DNA from: Sphyrna mokarran
Lineage: Eukaryota
Assembly: GCA_024679065.1 (NCBI GenBank)
Contig: JAGIQG010000010.1
Coordinates: 50,840,001-50,904,000, forward strand
Direction of reading: 5' to 3'
DNA: 64,000 bases
Shown here: positions 36,205 through 49,625 of the stretch, piece by piece
Layout of the letters: every line of letters starts with the position of its first letter
Numbering within the stretch: the stretch's first letter is position 1
Notes under the pieces: model-generated
Told to the model about the DNA's origin: nothing
The model's database searches: none
The model's input: the letters and a program-made list of their open reading frames with translations, nothing else
Program-made: the position numbers and the translations under genes

Positions 36205-36600
36205 CACAAAAGAACAAAAAATGCTGGAAAGTCTTAATAAGTCTGACAACAGGAGAATCTCAGCAGGTCTGGAGAAAGAATAGAGCCAACATTTCAAGTC
36301 TGGATGATGGTTTGTCGGAGACAGGAGCAAATACAATCAGAAAAGATTGATAGGGTGAGGGGAGGGGTTGGGGGAACTGTAGTCGGAGAAAGGAAATGTA
36401 AATGAGTGTACAGAAGGCTAAGAGAGGTGCTAGAAGTTCCCATTAAGTGATCACAATTTGTAAATGGCAGAACAGTGACACAGGTAGTCGGACTGAAAGT
36501 TGAGGGGGGGGGGTGGAATGTGGCGGTGATGGTGGTGAGGTGGAGGGTGGGGGGGCAGGGGGCAGAAGGAGAGTGGAAACAGAGAAGTGGAAAATGAAAG
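36205..36600 (-). mobile_element. Penelope-like pseudo-LTR remnant
   Basis: AAAATGCTGGAAA..TCTCAGCAGGTCTGG..GAGCCAACATTTCAAGTCTGGATG followed by a purine-rich tract, same family as 11935. Confidence 0.6.
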
Positions 36601-36821
36601 TGAGAAGGAAGGATGGTAAAAATGGATGAATGAGATGAAAAGAAGAAACAGTGAAATAAAATGCAGGTTTCCTTCATTAGGTTTCAAATAACCGATCTCT
36701 AAGATAAGAACAGATGTAGTTTATTGCTCATAATATAATTGTTTTTCCAATATAAGGAGTAAAGGTGTTTTTTTAAAATCCGTGTGCTTTAATTTTTTTA
36801 TGCATTTGTATAAATCTCTCT

Positions 36822-37463
36822 GGGCTGGATTTTATGGGGCATGTTCCTCCCCCCACCCAGTTAAAAAAAATCAGTCAGTAGTCCATCATAAAAAGCCAAT
36901 TGCCCTGCAGTTATTTTATACTCAATCAACCAGCAGTTCTGCAGTCCCAACAATGCCAAGTTTGGGTCATGAGCCCTGTTGAGATTATGGTCAGCCCCTG
37001 AAGAAGAGAAAATAAGGGAAGTAGACTGAAGATAAGTCCAGGATTCAGTGGGGCTTGACTGCTAGGCCCCACCAAGAGAAGTGAGGGAGGTGGTATTTAA
37101 GTGGTTTGGGAAATGGAACAAAGGAGAGGTTGCCTCCATTGAGTGCAGAGGATCCCAAGAGAAGGATCCTTGCCTGACAGCATCCTGTCCAGTAATATTT
37201 GCTGGGCTACCCACTTGGCATGTTCTCCAGTTGCAGGTAAAATAGTGTTAGGGATGGGATTAACTGATTAAAATTCTCAATAAGCCCAAGGGTGGATGGG
37301 CTGCCTGACATTTGCACTGCTCTTCACCCAACTCCCACCCTGCCCCTTGTAAAATGGGAGTCAGGTGGGAAAGGGCAGGAAGGTAGTGTTTAGGCCACAT
37401 GTTGCATTTTACTAGATTCCCCCACTTTCAACCTTGCTGGCAAGGGAGTGTAAAATCCAGTCC
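36822..37463. mobile_element. Harbinger-type MITE (about 640 bp)
   Basis: TIRs GGGCTGGATTTTAT and GTAAAATCCAGTCC match at 12/14. The TSD is not preserved. Confidence 0.7.
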
Positions 37464-40400
37464 TAAGTCACTGAAACATTTGCCAATTGAGGTCGGAAGT
37501 ATAACCAACCACTGGGATGTGTTGTGTTATTTTGGCATGCAGCTCTGAGTAACTATTAGTTGATTATCTTCTATAATATATGGGGAATCACCTTACATCA
37601 CTCAACACCACTCAGTGATAACACATGCGATTGCAAATTCAATGAATCAATAATATGAACCGTGACCTAGCCCTTCAGCGCACTGCACCAGCTCTTGATT
37701 TCTAATTGTTTGAGTTCTCAAAACAAAATCAATATGAAAATTAATAGCAACACAAGTGCAACTTATTCTCTAGTTGCGTAGATGAAAGGCTTGAGAAGTT
37801 ATATCTTTGTGGGGGGTGGGAGGCGAGCAAATGTTCTCAAAAAGTTTTAGGATGTCATCTGAACAATGTTAGTTTCTCATAAACTGGACCCCCCTCCCCC
37901 ACCTCTACAAATGATGTAATGTGCATTCATTGAAAATTCACTCTTACCAAAGGTTAAGGTTACATTCTCTCCTGGAGAATCTACAAGTTCACCCTGCGAT
38001 TGATAAAAGTCTTATAAATTGAGTAGTCATTTTCAAAGCAATTCTCAATAGACATAAACCTGCAGTGCAGTCATTCTTGAATCTCACCTTTGAGATATTG
38101 GGTTAAATGCAGAGTAAATGGGAGCGTTGGCTACTGCAGCAGGCACCACTGGAATTTATGATTTAACTCTTTCAACGTGAAACGTCCTGGTTTTTACTGT
38201 AAAAATGAATCTTGTTATTGAATGTAAAGCTCAATGAACCAATTGAATGTTTTATTTAATATACTGTGTCTGTTGTAATTTGGATTAATATATACCACAT
38301 GGTGTACGCATTAATTGGTCATTCATAATAAAATGCAGTTACTTACATTTTCAATATATTAGCGTGATATTACTTTGACACAGTTATGATACAGAATGAT
38401 ACATTCCCTGAATCAACAAGATGCTTATTCAGTCATGAATTTGAAAAATCTGTATTTCATGAATTTTAGAAGTGAGAGTGGTCACAGGCAGAATTTCTGG
38501 AATTGTTTTGTGATGAGGAATCATGTCATTAATTATTTTTTTATGGCCTGTGATGAAAGGTAAATGCCTCTAGGTCACTTCAAATGGGTGGGATATTTAG
38601 ACTTCCACGGGGTAAAAAACATTAGTTTCCCTTTGTTTACCTTCTGCTATATCAGGAATGTGGACTAATGCATTTTCATAAAACCGCCAATGACCTCAGT
38701 TAGTGCATGTCAAACAGGATGAAGTCTATAACAATGGAACACGGCCTTGTTAGATTACATACATGTGATGTGAATAAAGGACTATAGCAGCAGTTTGCAA
38801 AACTATTTTCAAATATGACCCCATTTTCACTCGCCACCATTTTCTCAAAGGCAATTAGAGATGAGCAACAAAATCTGACCTAGTGACATCAACATTACAC
38901 AAATGGATATATAAAAAAAGCTCTTGAAAATTGATGTGACCCCAGATACTAACAATAACAATAAAACAATACAGCAGCAACATTTATGTGTTATTTTTAA
39001 AGCCTGTGCCATAGATCAACATAAAGCATGTAAATATGAAAATCTGTGGGGGTGACTTTGAGCTCGCACTCTCGATCTGTGGGAATGGCAGTATGTGTTC
39101 AAAGTCCAGAAAGCACCATTCATGCTGAGATGTTACTGAATTCCGATCTTCCAGAACCCCCTGCTAGTAGAGTAGTATAAAACACACCTCAGGATCCCAT
39201 TGGCATGTCATTAGCAACCATTCTCCCAGGGACATCCACCCTTACTAGATATTTAGTGGGCGCTGGTGTGACTTTACAGCAGGTTCATCTAAATGTGAAC
39301 CTGTTGTGGGAGTCTCTCCAGGACATAAAGGTCAATATAGACCCTGGTGGAGAGGGCTAGCCATGTCATTCTGGCAATTCCAATCTGGCAGTACCACTCT
39401 GGCAGAGCCAAGGGATAGGCCCCAGTGGGGGTCACATGGAGGGGGCAGGGAAGGGCATGGATTCATTCAGAGTTGCTTATAGGGCATAGCATGAAGGAGC
39501 AGGGCACACAATTAATGACAGATGAGGGGAGAGCTTATGGTCGGTGCCAGCTCCAACTTTGAGGGGAAAGGTTGTAAAGAGACAGACGATCGGGGTAGGG
39601 AAAGGAAACACGGGCTGATAATCGGAGAAAAGAGGCCAGGGTAAAGTTGGGGGAGAGAAGTACCAACTCCAATCAAGGGTGCAGAGAGGAGACTATGAGA
39701 TCTTTGTGGGGAGGTTTATTCCTGTTATGATCAGGGCACCTTTTAAAGAAGGCTCCCTAATCTCAGTGCAGGCGGGTGCTGCTGGCATGTTGAGGCTCCT
39801 TCCCCCTATATCACAGTGTGAAACATGTTCCCTTGATTTTTTCCATGGCTGAGCTCCATGGTGCAGGCAATTCTGGGCATAAACGAGTATAAGTGCCAGA
39901 GGACAGGGGACATCTCGATCTCACTCCAGACCCATACAGGAGTCCAGGCGCCCCAAAGCGTGCACAGGGAAGAGGATCATCAGCGTGCAGCTCAGGATCT
40001 TCTACTCAGGTAGAGCTTGGGGTTTCAAGTTCATCTGTGTCCCACTCCTCCCCATGACTGACACACTGCCACTGAAGAGGGAAGCAGTCAGATCTCCATG
40101 CTGCCCAAAAGTAGGCGTGGAGCCTCCAGGTTCCGGCCCTTACGGGGTATCTGCGAAGGTAATCTCAGGCAATAATGCGTGGCAGTCAGCTGGGTGCCTC
40201 ATCCCCACTTGTGGATCCTGGGGAAACACCTAGGTGTAGTGGAAGGAAAGTTAAGAAAAATAGTCACAGCCTGGGCAATGATGGATTTGGGCATGAATAG
40301 AAAATATTCACCAGTATTAGCACCAATAAAGGTAATAAAAGTCATGTTGTGCAACCTTAAAGTGCCTCCCTGCTCTCATTTCATTGCGGCAAGCTCAGCC

Positions 40401-42039
40401 AGTCCCCACTCAATATCAGCCATCCTCCATCTGCTCTGAGGGTGGCAACTCAATGGTTCTTCTCCCCTCCCCAACTCCCCCACTGTGACAAAACAGTCGT
40501 ACAGGTGTGACACTGGTAATGCCCCCCATCGGTGCCCCGCACCCACACCCAGGGCAATGCACAGGCCTCTCATCTGTTGCAGCATTATTTCAGCATGAGG
40601 GAGCCATTGGCTGAAAGCTGGTGAGATTCTGTCCACCTGCTGCTTAATAGCTGCTGACATACCCTGGGTCTCTAAACCTGGGTAACAGCTGAGATGTGTC
40701 TTTTATTCTGATATTTTTCGTTTGAATGTCTCATTCCAATATTGCAAATCTGTATTGAGAGTTTGTTCTTTGATTCTAATACATGGTCATCGAAAGGACT
40801 ATAATGTAAAGATATGTCAACATTCATTTTCACTTCCAAATATCCCCTACAGTGCAGTTTAACTAGCATTAAGCCACCTTTTATGAATACATTGAATGCC
40901 AATTCTTGATCACAGCTTTCCAACTGCATAAAAACTGAACATTAAGCTCTCCTCTATTAACCTTTACACTGCTAAATGTGCACACTGCATGAGCAGAAGA
41001 CATGCTTAGCCCTTTGAGGGTTAAAAATCTTCTGTCCCCTGATTGCATTTAGAGTTTTAATAGAGGACCAGAATTCCTATTTGAAAAACTTGACCTAATT
41101 TCCAACAGACATGGAATAATCCAGGAGTATGAATATTTAATAAAGTAACAGACATAAGTAAGTGGATTTCAACTGAAAACAGTCAAGATAGACAGCCTTG
41201 CTGCATACGGTATGAAACACTCAGAGATAAAATGCTGTGCATCTTTGCATTGAATCACTCAAGACAGATTGCTGAACTGTGAGACACAAATAAGCTGTCT
41301 TTGAGCTGTGTATTTATGTGAGAAATTACTCCAGAAGGATGCAAAATTCTACCCAGTTTCAGCAACAATGAAGGAACTGAATTGTTTTTCAAAAATTTAT
41401 AGTGCTTTGCAAAGTTTTAATAAGACAAACTTTTTGTTAGGTGCAGAAATTGCATGGTTTTTAAAAGAAGTGCTCGTATTCTGGTTTTTACAAGTAAGTT
41501 CAGGTCAAATTTAAAGTTAATGTCAATTTTGTTCTGACTCAATCACACTCAATTTCTTTTGCTGTTGGAATGAACACGTTCATATGTAGTTCTTTATATG
41601 TCCCAGCACAACCTTTGCATAGGGAATATCTTTCCCTGCAATGTTTTGTCAAATGAATTTTTAAATGAGGTATTGTGCAGAATATGAAAAAGAACAAAGG
41701 CAACAAAAATACACAGCAAATTCTGCCGAATATTTACAGGTCAGCATCTCATCGCCCACAGATCGCCCTGTTCTGTGATCACACTCAGGTTTGTGTCAAG
41801 CAACAGTCAGACATTCACAGGAAAGGTGAGGAGCATCGCTGTGTCCTCATTATAATCATCATCATTCGCCTGCAATGTTCAGTCAGAGAATTTTTGCACC
41901 CTGCCTGTGAAAGGAGTGATGAACATGATTACATCTCGCAGATAGGAACAAATGAGGTGGTCTCACACCCTGTGGGATATCTGCCCATCTTAACTCCAGT
42001 TCTCCCGAAGTGAGAGGTTTCCAGAATGTCTCTAGCTTT

Positions 42040-42680
42040 GCACCTCATTCAAGCGCTGGCCATCACCTAATATCCTTCCTCTGCCTCTGCAGGAGTTGCC
42101 CCTTGCCCTCCCCAAGATTATCCTCCTTTGGGGAGATGTGGTGCCCTTCCATCTTCTCCTCATCCAGATTCTCATCCCATTGCAACTCCAGGTTGGGCAA
42201 ACTGCAGCACACAGCACAACATGATGGAAGATTTTTTTGGACGTTGTACTGAAGGACTCCCCACCCAAACACCCTCCACACCACCAACTAGTCTGAGCGC
42301 CAGAACCACTTCTTCAGAAGATCTAGCGTCTGCTCCACTAATCACATGTTGAAGCATCAGCCACGTTGTATGGGATCTCAATTTGTATTTGTGGCCTCTA
42401 TTATGGCATTATTAACCACCTCCTGAGTGGGTACCCTTTGACTTGGAGAAGCCAGCCTTCTAACTACTGGTCTCCCTCAAAGAGAGCCAGGATCTGTGAG
42501 CATCTGAGAATGTAGTTGCAGTGGATGCTGCATGGGAAACGGGCACACAACTGCATAAGTGCTTCACATATCCACAGAAGATCTGCACATTGAGGGAGTG
42601 GCAACCCTTGCAGTTCATCCTCATGCCACCATGTTCCTTCAGAAATGGCATGAGATCCTGGAACAAACAACACCATCCCC
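42040..42680 (-). pseudogene. PIF/Harbinger (HARBI1-like) DDE transposase remnant within an element of about 41880-42873
   Basis: Across frameshifts it reads NCKGCHSLNVQIFC, CARFPCSIHCNYILRCSQI, GWLL..KGYPLRRWL, YN.A.AST..VEQTL.LLK and LQY..CCSLPNL plus an acidic tail. A TIR-like GGAAAATCAGACC ends at 42873. Confidence 0.85.
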
Positions 42681-45487
42681 TCCCCTCCCCTCCCCCAACC
42701 AATGCCTGTCACTGCCCTAACACCCCCACACCCCTTGCCCACCGCCCCTCCCCCAATAATCTCAAACCGTTTAACAGCCTGCCACTGTGAAAATTAGCGT
42801 CTGTGTCTGTTTCACTCTGCACGCCACCTCTCCCCAGGGATGGATTACCTCATCTTAGAAGGAAAATCAGACCATTAGATAAGTGTCTTACTTTAATGGG
42901 GGCTAATTTGTCCTCTTCTGTATTACCTGTAGGAGGCCAACAGTAGCATCCCTTTGTATTGGGGACCAGGCACTCATGTCAATCGCAGGATTATTTCTTT
43001 AGTCTCCCCTGATGGTGAATTCTGGTGAGCAGTAGTTGTGGGGAGGATTGACCCTGATTGTTGAACTTTTTTTTCCACATTAAGAAGAATTTAAAAAATA
43101 AAAGAATAATTTCACTTCTAGCTATCAATTCAACTGGGTATAATTTTCTCCTTGATGGAGGACAGGAAACTGGCCATTGTGGATTGGCTGTTTAGCCTAT
43201 TGAACCTTTTCTTCCTTTTAGGTAATTCCAAGGGAAATTCTGAGGTGTGCAATAGACAGGCAATGTTTGTTTGCTGCAAAAGTGAAAATTACTTCCAGAT
43301 TGTCTTTCTAAAACCTAACAATGTGGATGATATTGTGCTAGCCAAATTTGATGGGCCATTGTGTTTCACCTAAAGCCAATGTTCTAATTCCTACATCCTG
43401 AACTCTATGTTTCTCTTAGCTCTTTGCTGTCTGATCATCCCCAGTTTTTGCAACGCTCTTTGGCAGAGTCTTAATATGGTCCGGCTCCATTTCTGTGACT
43501 GCGCTTTGTGCAATGTCTGAGGCTCATCACCTAAGTGGATCTTCCTGAGATGACCAATTTAGAAGCTGCCTCCACACTTGCCATCCATTATGGAAGATGA
43601 ACACTGTGCAGGTGAGAGGTCCCGTCAGAGCTCCAAGGGAGTCTGAGGGGTGCTGACTGTCCCATTGTAGAAGGTAGGCTCTGCCAACGTAGGTGAGACT
43701 GCCAAGGTACCTAATTCTCTGAAGACTTTGGAATGCTTAAAACTGAAGTGCCACCAGGCCATCAGTGAAGGGGAAGCCCTCTCTATAGTATGCAGTTCTG
43801 GGATGGGAGATTTAAGGAAAATTTTGATAGGCTTGGTCCTGCCACTGGGAGGCTGTCTCCAAACATTTGTTAGTCTTTGCTTCTAGCAGGAGTTCTATTG
43901 GCTTTTTGGAGAATTCCAGTCACAAATTTTCCCCTACTTGGGCACTTAATTGATCCTAATTGGTGATCTACTGCTGCTGGATATTTGGGGCCAGACTGAC
44001 ATGCCGTTGTTAAAAACTTGGAAGTGACAATATATCGGGTTGGCAACCTGAATACAACTTACAGAAATTACCTATTGTCCTGCCTTCACAGCTGACTCCA
44101 CAGATTGATAAGGTTCCATCCAATAATTTACAAGCCTGACTCAGTATCAGTTTTAGTTAAACTGAATGGTCTGCTCCTCAAGAGCGGTATCCATCAACCT
44201 AACATGACAATGATTCGTCCTGAGTTCAAATGAATGGAGTTGACGCAGTCGCAATGATATGAATGACCACAGGAATGCCAAACTATCTTTCATAGTCTCC
44301 AAAATCCACTCAGGAATCTCATGACCTCAGTGTCAATTCTGGCTCTCAAGCTAATATTGAAGCATAAGGTGCAGCCAGCTATTGTTCTGAAGTAACTTTT
44401 CCAGAGAAGCTTTCGGTGCTAAATCATGCACCGAATGATGCATGCTGCCCAGCTCTGCTCATCTGCTGCAACTCTGGTAAAATAGCCATGGAAACACTTC
44501 CAAAAAAAACAATGTACAAAACATGCATGTTGGTTTTCTGATGTTTCCACAGCTCAGGGAAAACCCCGATTGAAATTCACCATCCGTTGCCTCAGTTCAT
44601 CCAGACCATTAGGTTGTCACTTCAGTTTGAATGGACCTTGATACCTAGAAAGATCAGGATGAACAGAGTGGATTCTCATAAACAGACTAATATTGCTGTA
44701 AGTGCACTACACTGACAGTGCTTACAAAGGTTTTCCAAAAGCTTATTAAGTTTACTACTCAATTGTCTTTGCCATTACATGCTGCATGATGGAAAATATG
44801 TTCCCTTGTCTCTGATGTCGTTGTATTATCAATTGTCTTTGACTATCTTATTTCTTTCTGACTCTTTACTCTGTGATCCCTCTCCCCGATTAACATTTCT
44901 TTTTGTTTCTCTCTATATCCTATGCTGCTCCTGTCTCTACCTTTGTTTTTGAGTGGGGAGTAATTGGTAATATGTGTGGTTTTGTTGAAAAAATCTGCAT
45001 TTTATTAAAGTTTTTGAAATTTGTCCTCTTATTTTTCAAAAGTATTTGAAGCAAAGATACTGAGCAGCAACTGAAAAAGGCTAAAAGAATAATCTCCTTA
45101 GGACAGATGACTGAACAATAGTAATGCATCCGATAAAGTTAAACAGTCTGCACATGCTGAAACTCAGCTCATACCTCTGGGCAAAGATTTAAATTTCAAG
45201 CCTAGGTTTTTTGAAATATCTGAGGATTTCAAATAAAAATTAGAATAAAGGAATTTTAAAAAACTCAAAAGAAAATTCAGTGAATAAATTACATCACATT
45301 ATAGGATTGTCATTTTAAAAATGTTCATTAAGCACCTTATTTAAATCCTTATTTTGGATATTAAAATTAAAGTCGATAAGAAAGAATTATAGGTGAAGAA
45401 AATTCCACTCCAAAGCCATGTAAGAAAAACTTGATCATATCTTTACAGTGATAAACTCACAGTAAAATAGCACTGCACCAGTCATGC

Positions 45488-45596
45488 CGGCAGGATTTTC
45501 CCATCCACCACAATGAATGGAGATTTAGCTGGCCACCAAATTCTCCAACTTGGCTGCAGTGGGAGCATGACATAAATGGTTAGTAAGATCACATCC
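45488..45596. mobile_element. Small decayed MITE
   Basis: Termini CGGCAGGATTTTCC and GTAAGATCACATCC; flanks TGC and TGT. Confidence 0.45.
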
Positions 45597-45719
45597 TGTG
45601 TGTCAGTTTTCATATATATGCTGTTTCACCAAATATTACCTTATTATTACTTTTCTCACTCACTGCACTGCCTCTAATTGTCTGACTGCTTGTTCAATAT
45701 CCAGTACTGGAAGGGCAGT

Positions 45720-46492
45720 ATTTCCTGTAATTAAATACTGGGAAGGCTTAAGGCATTTGTTGGGTCCCTGCTAGAAGCCCTGTTCCCTCGCCATCCATCT
45801 CCTTGACAACAGTCACACACCACACCAGACTCTACACAATTTTGGTGGCACATTTGATCAAAGATGACTTTCTGACTATATAGTTGCACCATGACTAAAA
45901 CTGCCTATTTTTGCCTCCACCACATTGTTCAATATCATGCCTGCCTTAGCTTAACTGCTGCTGAAAACCATATCTACATTCTTGTCCCCTCTAAACTTAA
46001 CTATTCCAGCCCATTCCTGCCTGATTCTCTGCTGTCCACCCTCCATTAACTTGACGCCATCCAAATCTCTGCTGCTTGTATCCCAGCTCAAATCTCGCCC
46101 CCATCAAACATCACTAACCTAGAATAGGCTCCAGTTAAATAATTCCCTAATTTATTATTCTCATTCATGTTTTCAAATCCCATGACAACTTTGGCCCTCC
46201 CTACCAGTAATCTTCTCCAGCCCTATAGCCCATCAAGGTAGCTGTGGATCCCAGTTTTAATCATTCCACTATTGCTGGCCATGTTTTCAGCTGCCAAGAC
46301 TTAAAGCTCTTCCCCTCTCTAAAGCTTGCAAACTCATTCCCCCTTTAAAATGTTCCTTAAAATCTATCTCTAAGATCAAGTTTTTGGTCATTTCCCTGAA
46401 ATATTCTTATAAGGCTTGGTGATAAAATTTGCTTTTCAATGCCAATTGGGACATTTTGTTACATCAAAGATGTTTTATAAATTCAAAATGCT
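45720..46492 (+). mobile_element. L2 LINE ORF2 C-terminus and 3' UTR, decayed
   Basis: KTAYF.L.HI....CLS.TAAE..I..LV.S.L.YS..FL.....STLH*L.AIQ.SAA is the L2 pattern. An L2 tail lies at 46445-46492. Confidence 0.8.
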
Positions 46493-46964
46493 GAAATGTA
46501 ATGTCTTCAATAGTAAAAATACAATCCCATTGCAGTCCACAGGATTAATGAATTGCAGGTATTCATAATGAGTTTTAAATACAATGTGCAATCCATGTAC
46601 TAAATTTAATATATAAGGAATAGAAATAAAATTGGCCCCAAATATCTAAAGGGGTAACATTTTGGTGTGGAGCCCTACCAGGAACTCCACAAGGATTTTG
46701 GTAAACAGGGTTTCCTGAAGCTTCAGGCTCAAAACCAGCCTCATATCCAAGACTAGAATCCCAAGTGGGCTCATTTTCCATCAGCTAGTAAGTCAATAAT
46801 GTTCTTCTCACCTTCTTGCATCACTTACCCTGAGTCATGTGATTCCCATGTGCCAGTCATAGAAAGATAAATAGATGGCTTTTTATAAGAATGGTAAAAC
46901 ATTGGATGGAATATATTACAGTTTACAATCTACCTGCCTAATTCTTGTGATCCATCAAAAGAAC

Positions 46965-47073
46965 CTAGAACATAGAACATTACAGCACACTACAGGCCCT
47001 TTGGCCCTCGATGTTGTGCCGAGATTTTTCTGAAACCATGATTAAGCTAACCCCACTCCCCCTATCATTCTGG
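46965..47073 (-). mobile_element. CR1 extreme 3' tail
   Basis: TAGAACATAGAACATTACAGCAC..GGCCCTCGATGTTGTGCCGAG matches 19203-19290. Confidence 0.8.
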
Positions 47074-49009
47074 TTCAACATTTTCTTGCATTAGTTAGCT
47101 TCTAAATCTATGTTGCTATTGTGTTAAGAGCAAATTTAAGAAAGTTTGAAAGTGAAATTCACAATCCCTTCACATTCATTCTTTGCATATCCCTCAATTT
47201 CACTTTCACGCTTTTGATCACAGCGAAGAGAAAACAAATGCCAGTGTTCAGATGACAATTGTCTGGTGAGGTCAAATCGGATAGGGATGACATCAACACA
47301 GCATCTTTAGGTAGCAGCTACATCTACATTGCTGTTTTTATCAACGGCAAAATCAATCATCTTATAAAATAAAGACCCCATTCTCACAAACTTTGATCTG
47401 GATATTTATTCGCCCCTCTCTCCTTTTCACTCTCAGTCTGTTGGCCACTGTTTGCATATAATTCCAATCATTTGTAGTTGTTCAAATCTCAACAAATTAA
47501 CTCTGCGATCAGGACAATCTTGTGAGTAGGTGCTAAAGAATGATTTTAATGCACACATTGCTCTGAATACAATTGGTCACATTATTCTCAGTGACGCAGC
47601 AGAAATTAAACACATGCTGCTACTAGTAGGTCTGTTAGAAATTGGTGGCTCGACAAATTTTGGAAAATAGAGATTCAATCGCATTTATTGCATGAAAGGA
47701 AAGGAAGCTCATTTCAAGCATTTCACAAAGGAATGTTACACTAAAGTCAAATGTGTCCAGGAATGGTCAACATTACAGGAAAACTATGAACTGGAATTGG
47801 TGATGATGATTTGACAAATAAGATACCATAACAGATAACAAATGGGAGTCTTGCTTTTCACTAATCTGAGCACCACTTGAGGTGACTTCATATTGCACAT
47901 CTCATATGTTACCAGTTATGGTGAGGGGAGAGAAAGACTTCAGGAGTGTGAAATGAATTGCAAATAGTGTTGTTAGAGTGAGGAATCCCATCAATTCAGG
48001 CAAACAGCAGAAACAAACTGATTGCACCATGAACAGGCAAAAGGAACAAAATTATACACAGTTTTTAAAGTAAGCAGACAAAGCACAACACAATTGGTTA
48101 ACATTTAACTTTAAAATAATGAAAGGTATTACTGTAAGTCACATTATTCTAGATGGATGGTCACTGAAAAGATGCAGTTGGTGACGGTCAACAAAATTCA
48201 CCAATTGCACCCCTGTTTCTGAAGCAAGCTGTTAGGAGTTGCTGCCTGTGGAAAAAAACTCTGCAGTGAATTCTGCACAGGTGTTGAAAAACACTGCGAC
48301 ATCAAGAGGAGTAGTGGACATATTCATGTTAGTTTCTCAATGAACACTTTGGCTATTGCTGTCAAAAGCCACCACTTATAGGATATTGAAGACAAGAAAC
48401 TATCTATGCTCATGCTGTGATGTCTTTAGACTGCACAGATTTTAAAGTGTTACAAATGGTAAGCTGAAATGAGAAACTTTGTGAATCTCTATGGATTGTA
48501 TCCCTACTGAGATTACCACCACCACTGTGTTCTCAGTACCCTACTATATTCCTTTTAGAAAGAGAGTTAGTTTTGGGAAAGAAAGAGAGCTGATGGTTAT
48601 CAGCACAATTATACAGAGATCCATTGTGACATATCTGTTGAGCAAATTAATCACTGGGCGTGCATGAAGAGCCAGACATCTGTGAGCCAAACAGGATAGC
48701 ACTTACCACAGCAAAGGAAAGGCAAATGCTTGTGTTTAGGTGACAATTGTACGAAATGTGAAATGACAAGGCCAAATTGCACAGAGATGATAACAACACA
48801 GCATGACCTACACAGAGACTGTCTAATGTTTTGTTTTGAGATTTGTACTCCATGATTGCTTCTTTCTAAGATCCAATATTTTCAATGATTATTTTGTATT
48901 TTGGCTAATGTATTGCTTGGGATAGAAAACTACACACCATTGTTACTATACGGTTGAACATGAACACTGATTGCCTTGTCTTTGTCTCAATGAGTGGGAT
49001 CACAGCTCT

Positions 49010-49625
49010 CATAGAAACAAAAAAAAGGAGTAGGAGGAGACCTTTCAGCCCTTCAGGCCTAACCTACTATTCATCATGATCATGGCTGATCATCTAATTC
49101 ACTAGCCTAATTCCTCCTTCGATCCTTTGACCCCCCCCCCCCCACTCCCTCCACTGACCATTTGCACCAAGTGCTATATCAAACTGCCGCTTGAAAACAT
49201 ACAGGCTGGAACTTTCCAGTAGTCCATGTCAGCATGAGTGGTTGGAAAATTCTGGCCCCAATGTTTTGGCCCCAGCTACTTTCTATGGTAGCAAATTCCA
49301 CAAACTGACCACTCTCTGAGAGTTTCTTGTGCTAAATGGTCTACCTTGTGTCCTCAGACTGCAATCCTCTGGTCTGTACACTTCCATCAAGGGGAACATC
49401 TTTCTTGTATCTATATCCTATCTAAATGATGTTAGAATTTTGTAGGTTTCAAAGTAATTCCCCCCTCATTCTTCTGAACTCCAGTGAATATAATCTAAAC
49501 CAACTCAATTTTTTTTATACATTATTCCTGCCATCCCAGGAAAACCTTCTCTGCACTCTCTCTAAAGCAAGAACATCCTTCTTCAGATAAGGTCGAAACT
49601 GCACACAATATCCTAGGTGTGGCCG
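49010..49625 (-). mobile_element. CR1 3' fragment, same subfamily as 1632-2222, interrupted by a MITE
   Basis: Minus ORF RPHLGYCVQF.PYLKKDVLALERVQRRF. Shares TTCTGAACTCCAGTGAATATAAT with 2141-2163. Confidence 0.9.
49204..49257. mobile_element. 54-bp Harbinger-type MITE
   Basis: TIRs GGCTGGAACTTTCC and GGAAAATTCTGGCC match at 11/14. Flanks are ACA and CCA, at the centre of AAAACAT-ACA-ATGTTTT. Confidence 0.75.

Noticed and set aside
39047-40670. GC-richer block possibly holding a MITE and a Harbinger Myb-gene C-terminus
   Set aside because: It is probably transposon-derived, but I found no paired TIRs or diagnostic motif.
44412-44550. Perfect 8-bp hairpin TTCGGTGC/GCACCGAA and a TGGAAACA/TGTTTCCA stem suggesting a miRNA
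   Set aside because: The stems are short, expected by chance in 64 kb, and do not form a pre-miRNA-length duplex.
46497-46920. TGTAAT...ATTACA as a solo LTR (similar TG...CA candidates near 47908, 49649 and 58988)
   Set aside because: No matching 4-6 bp TSD flanks any of them.
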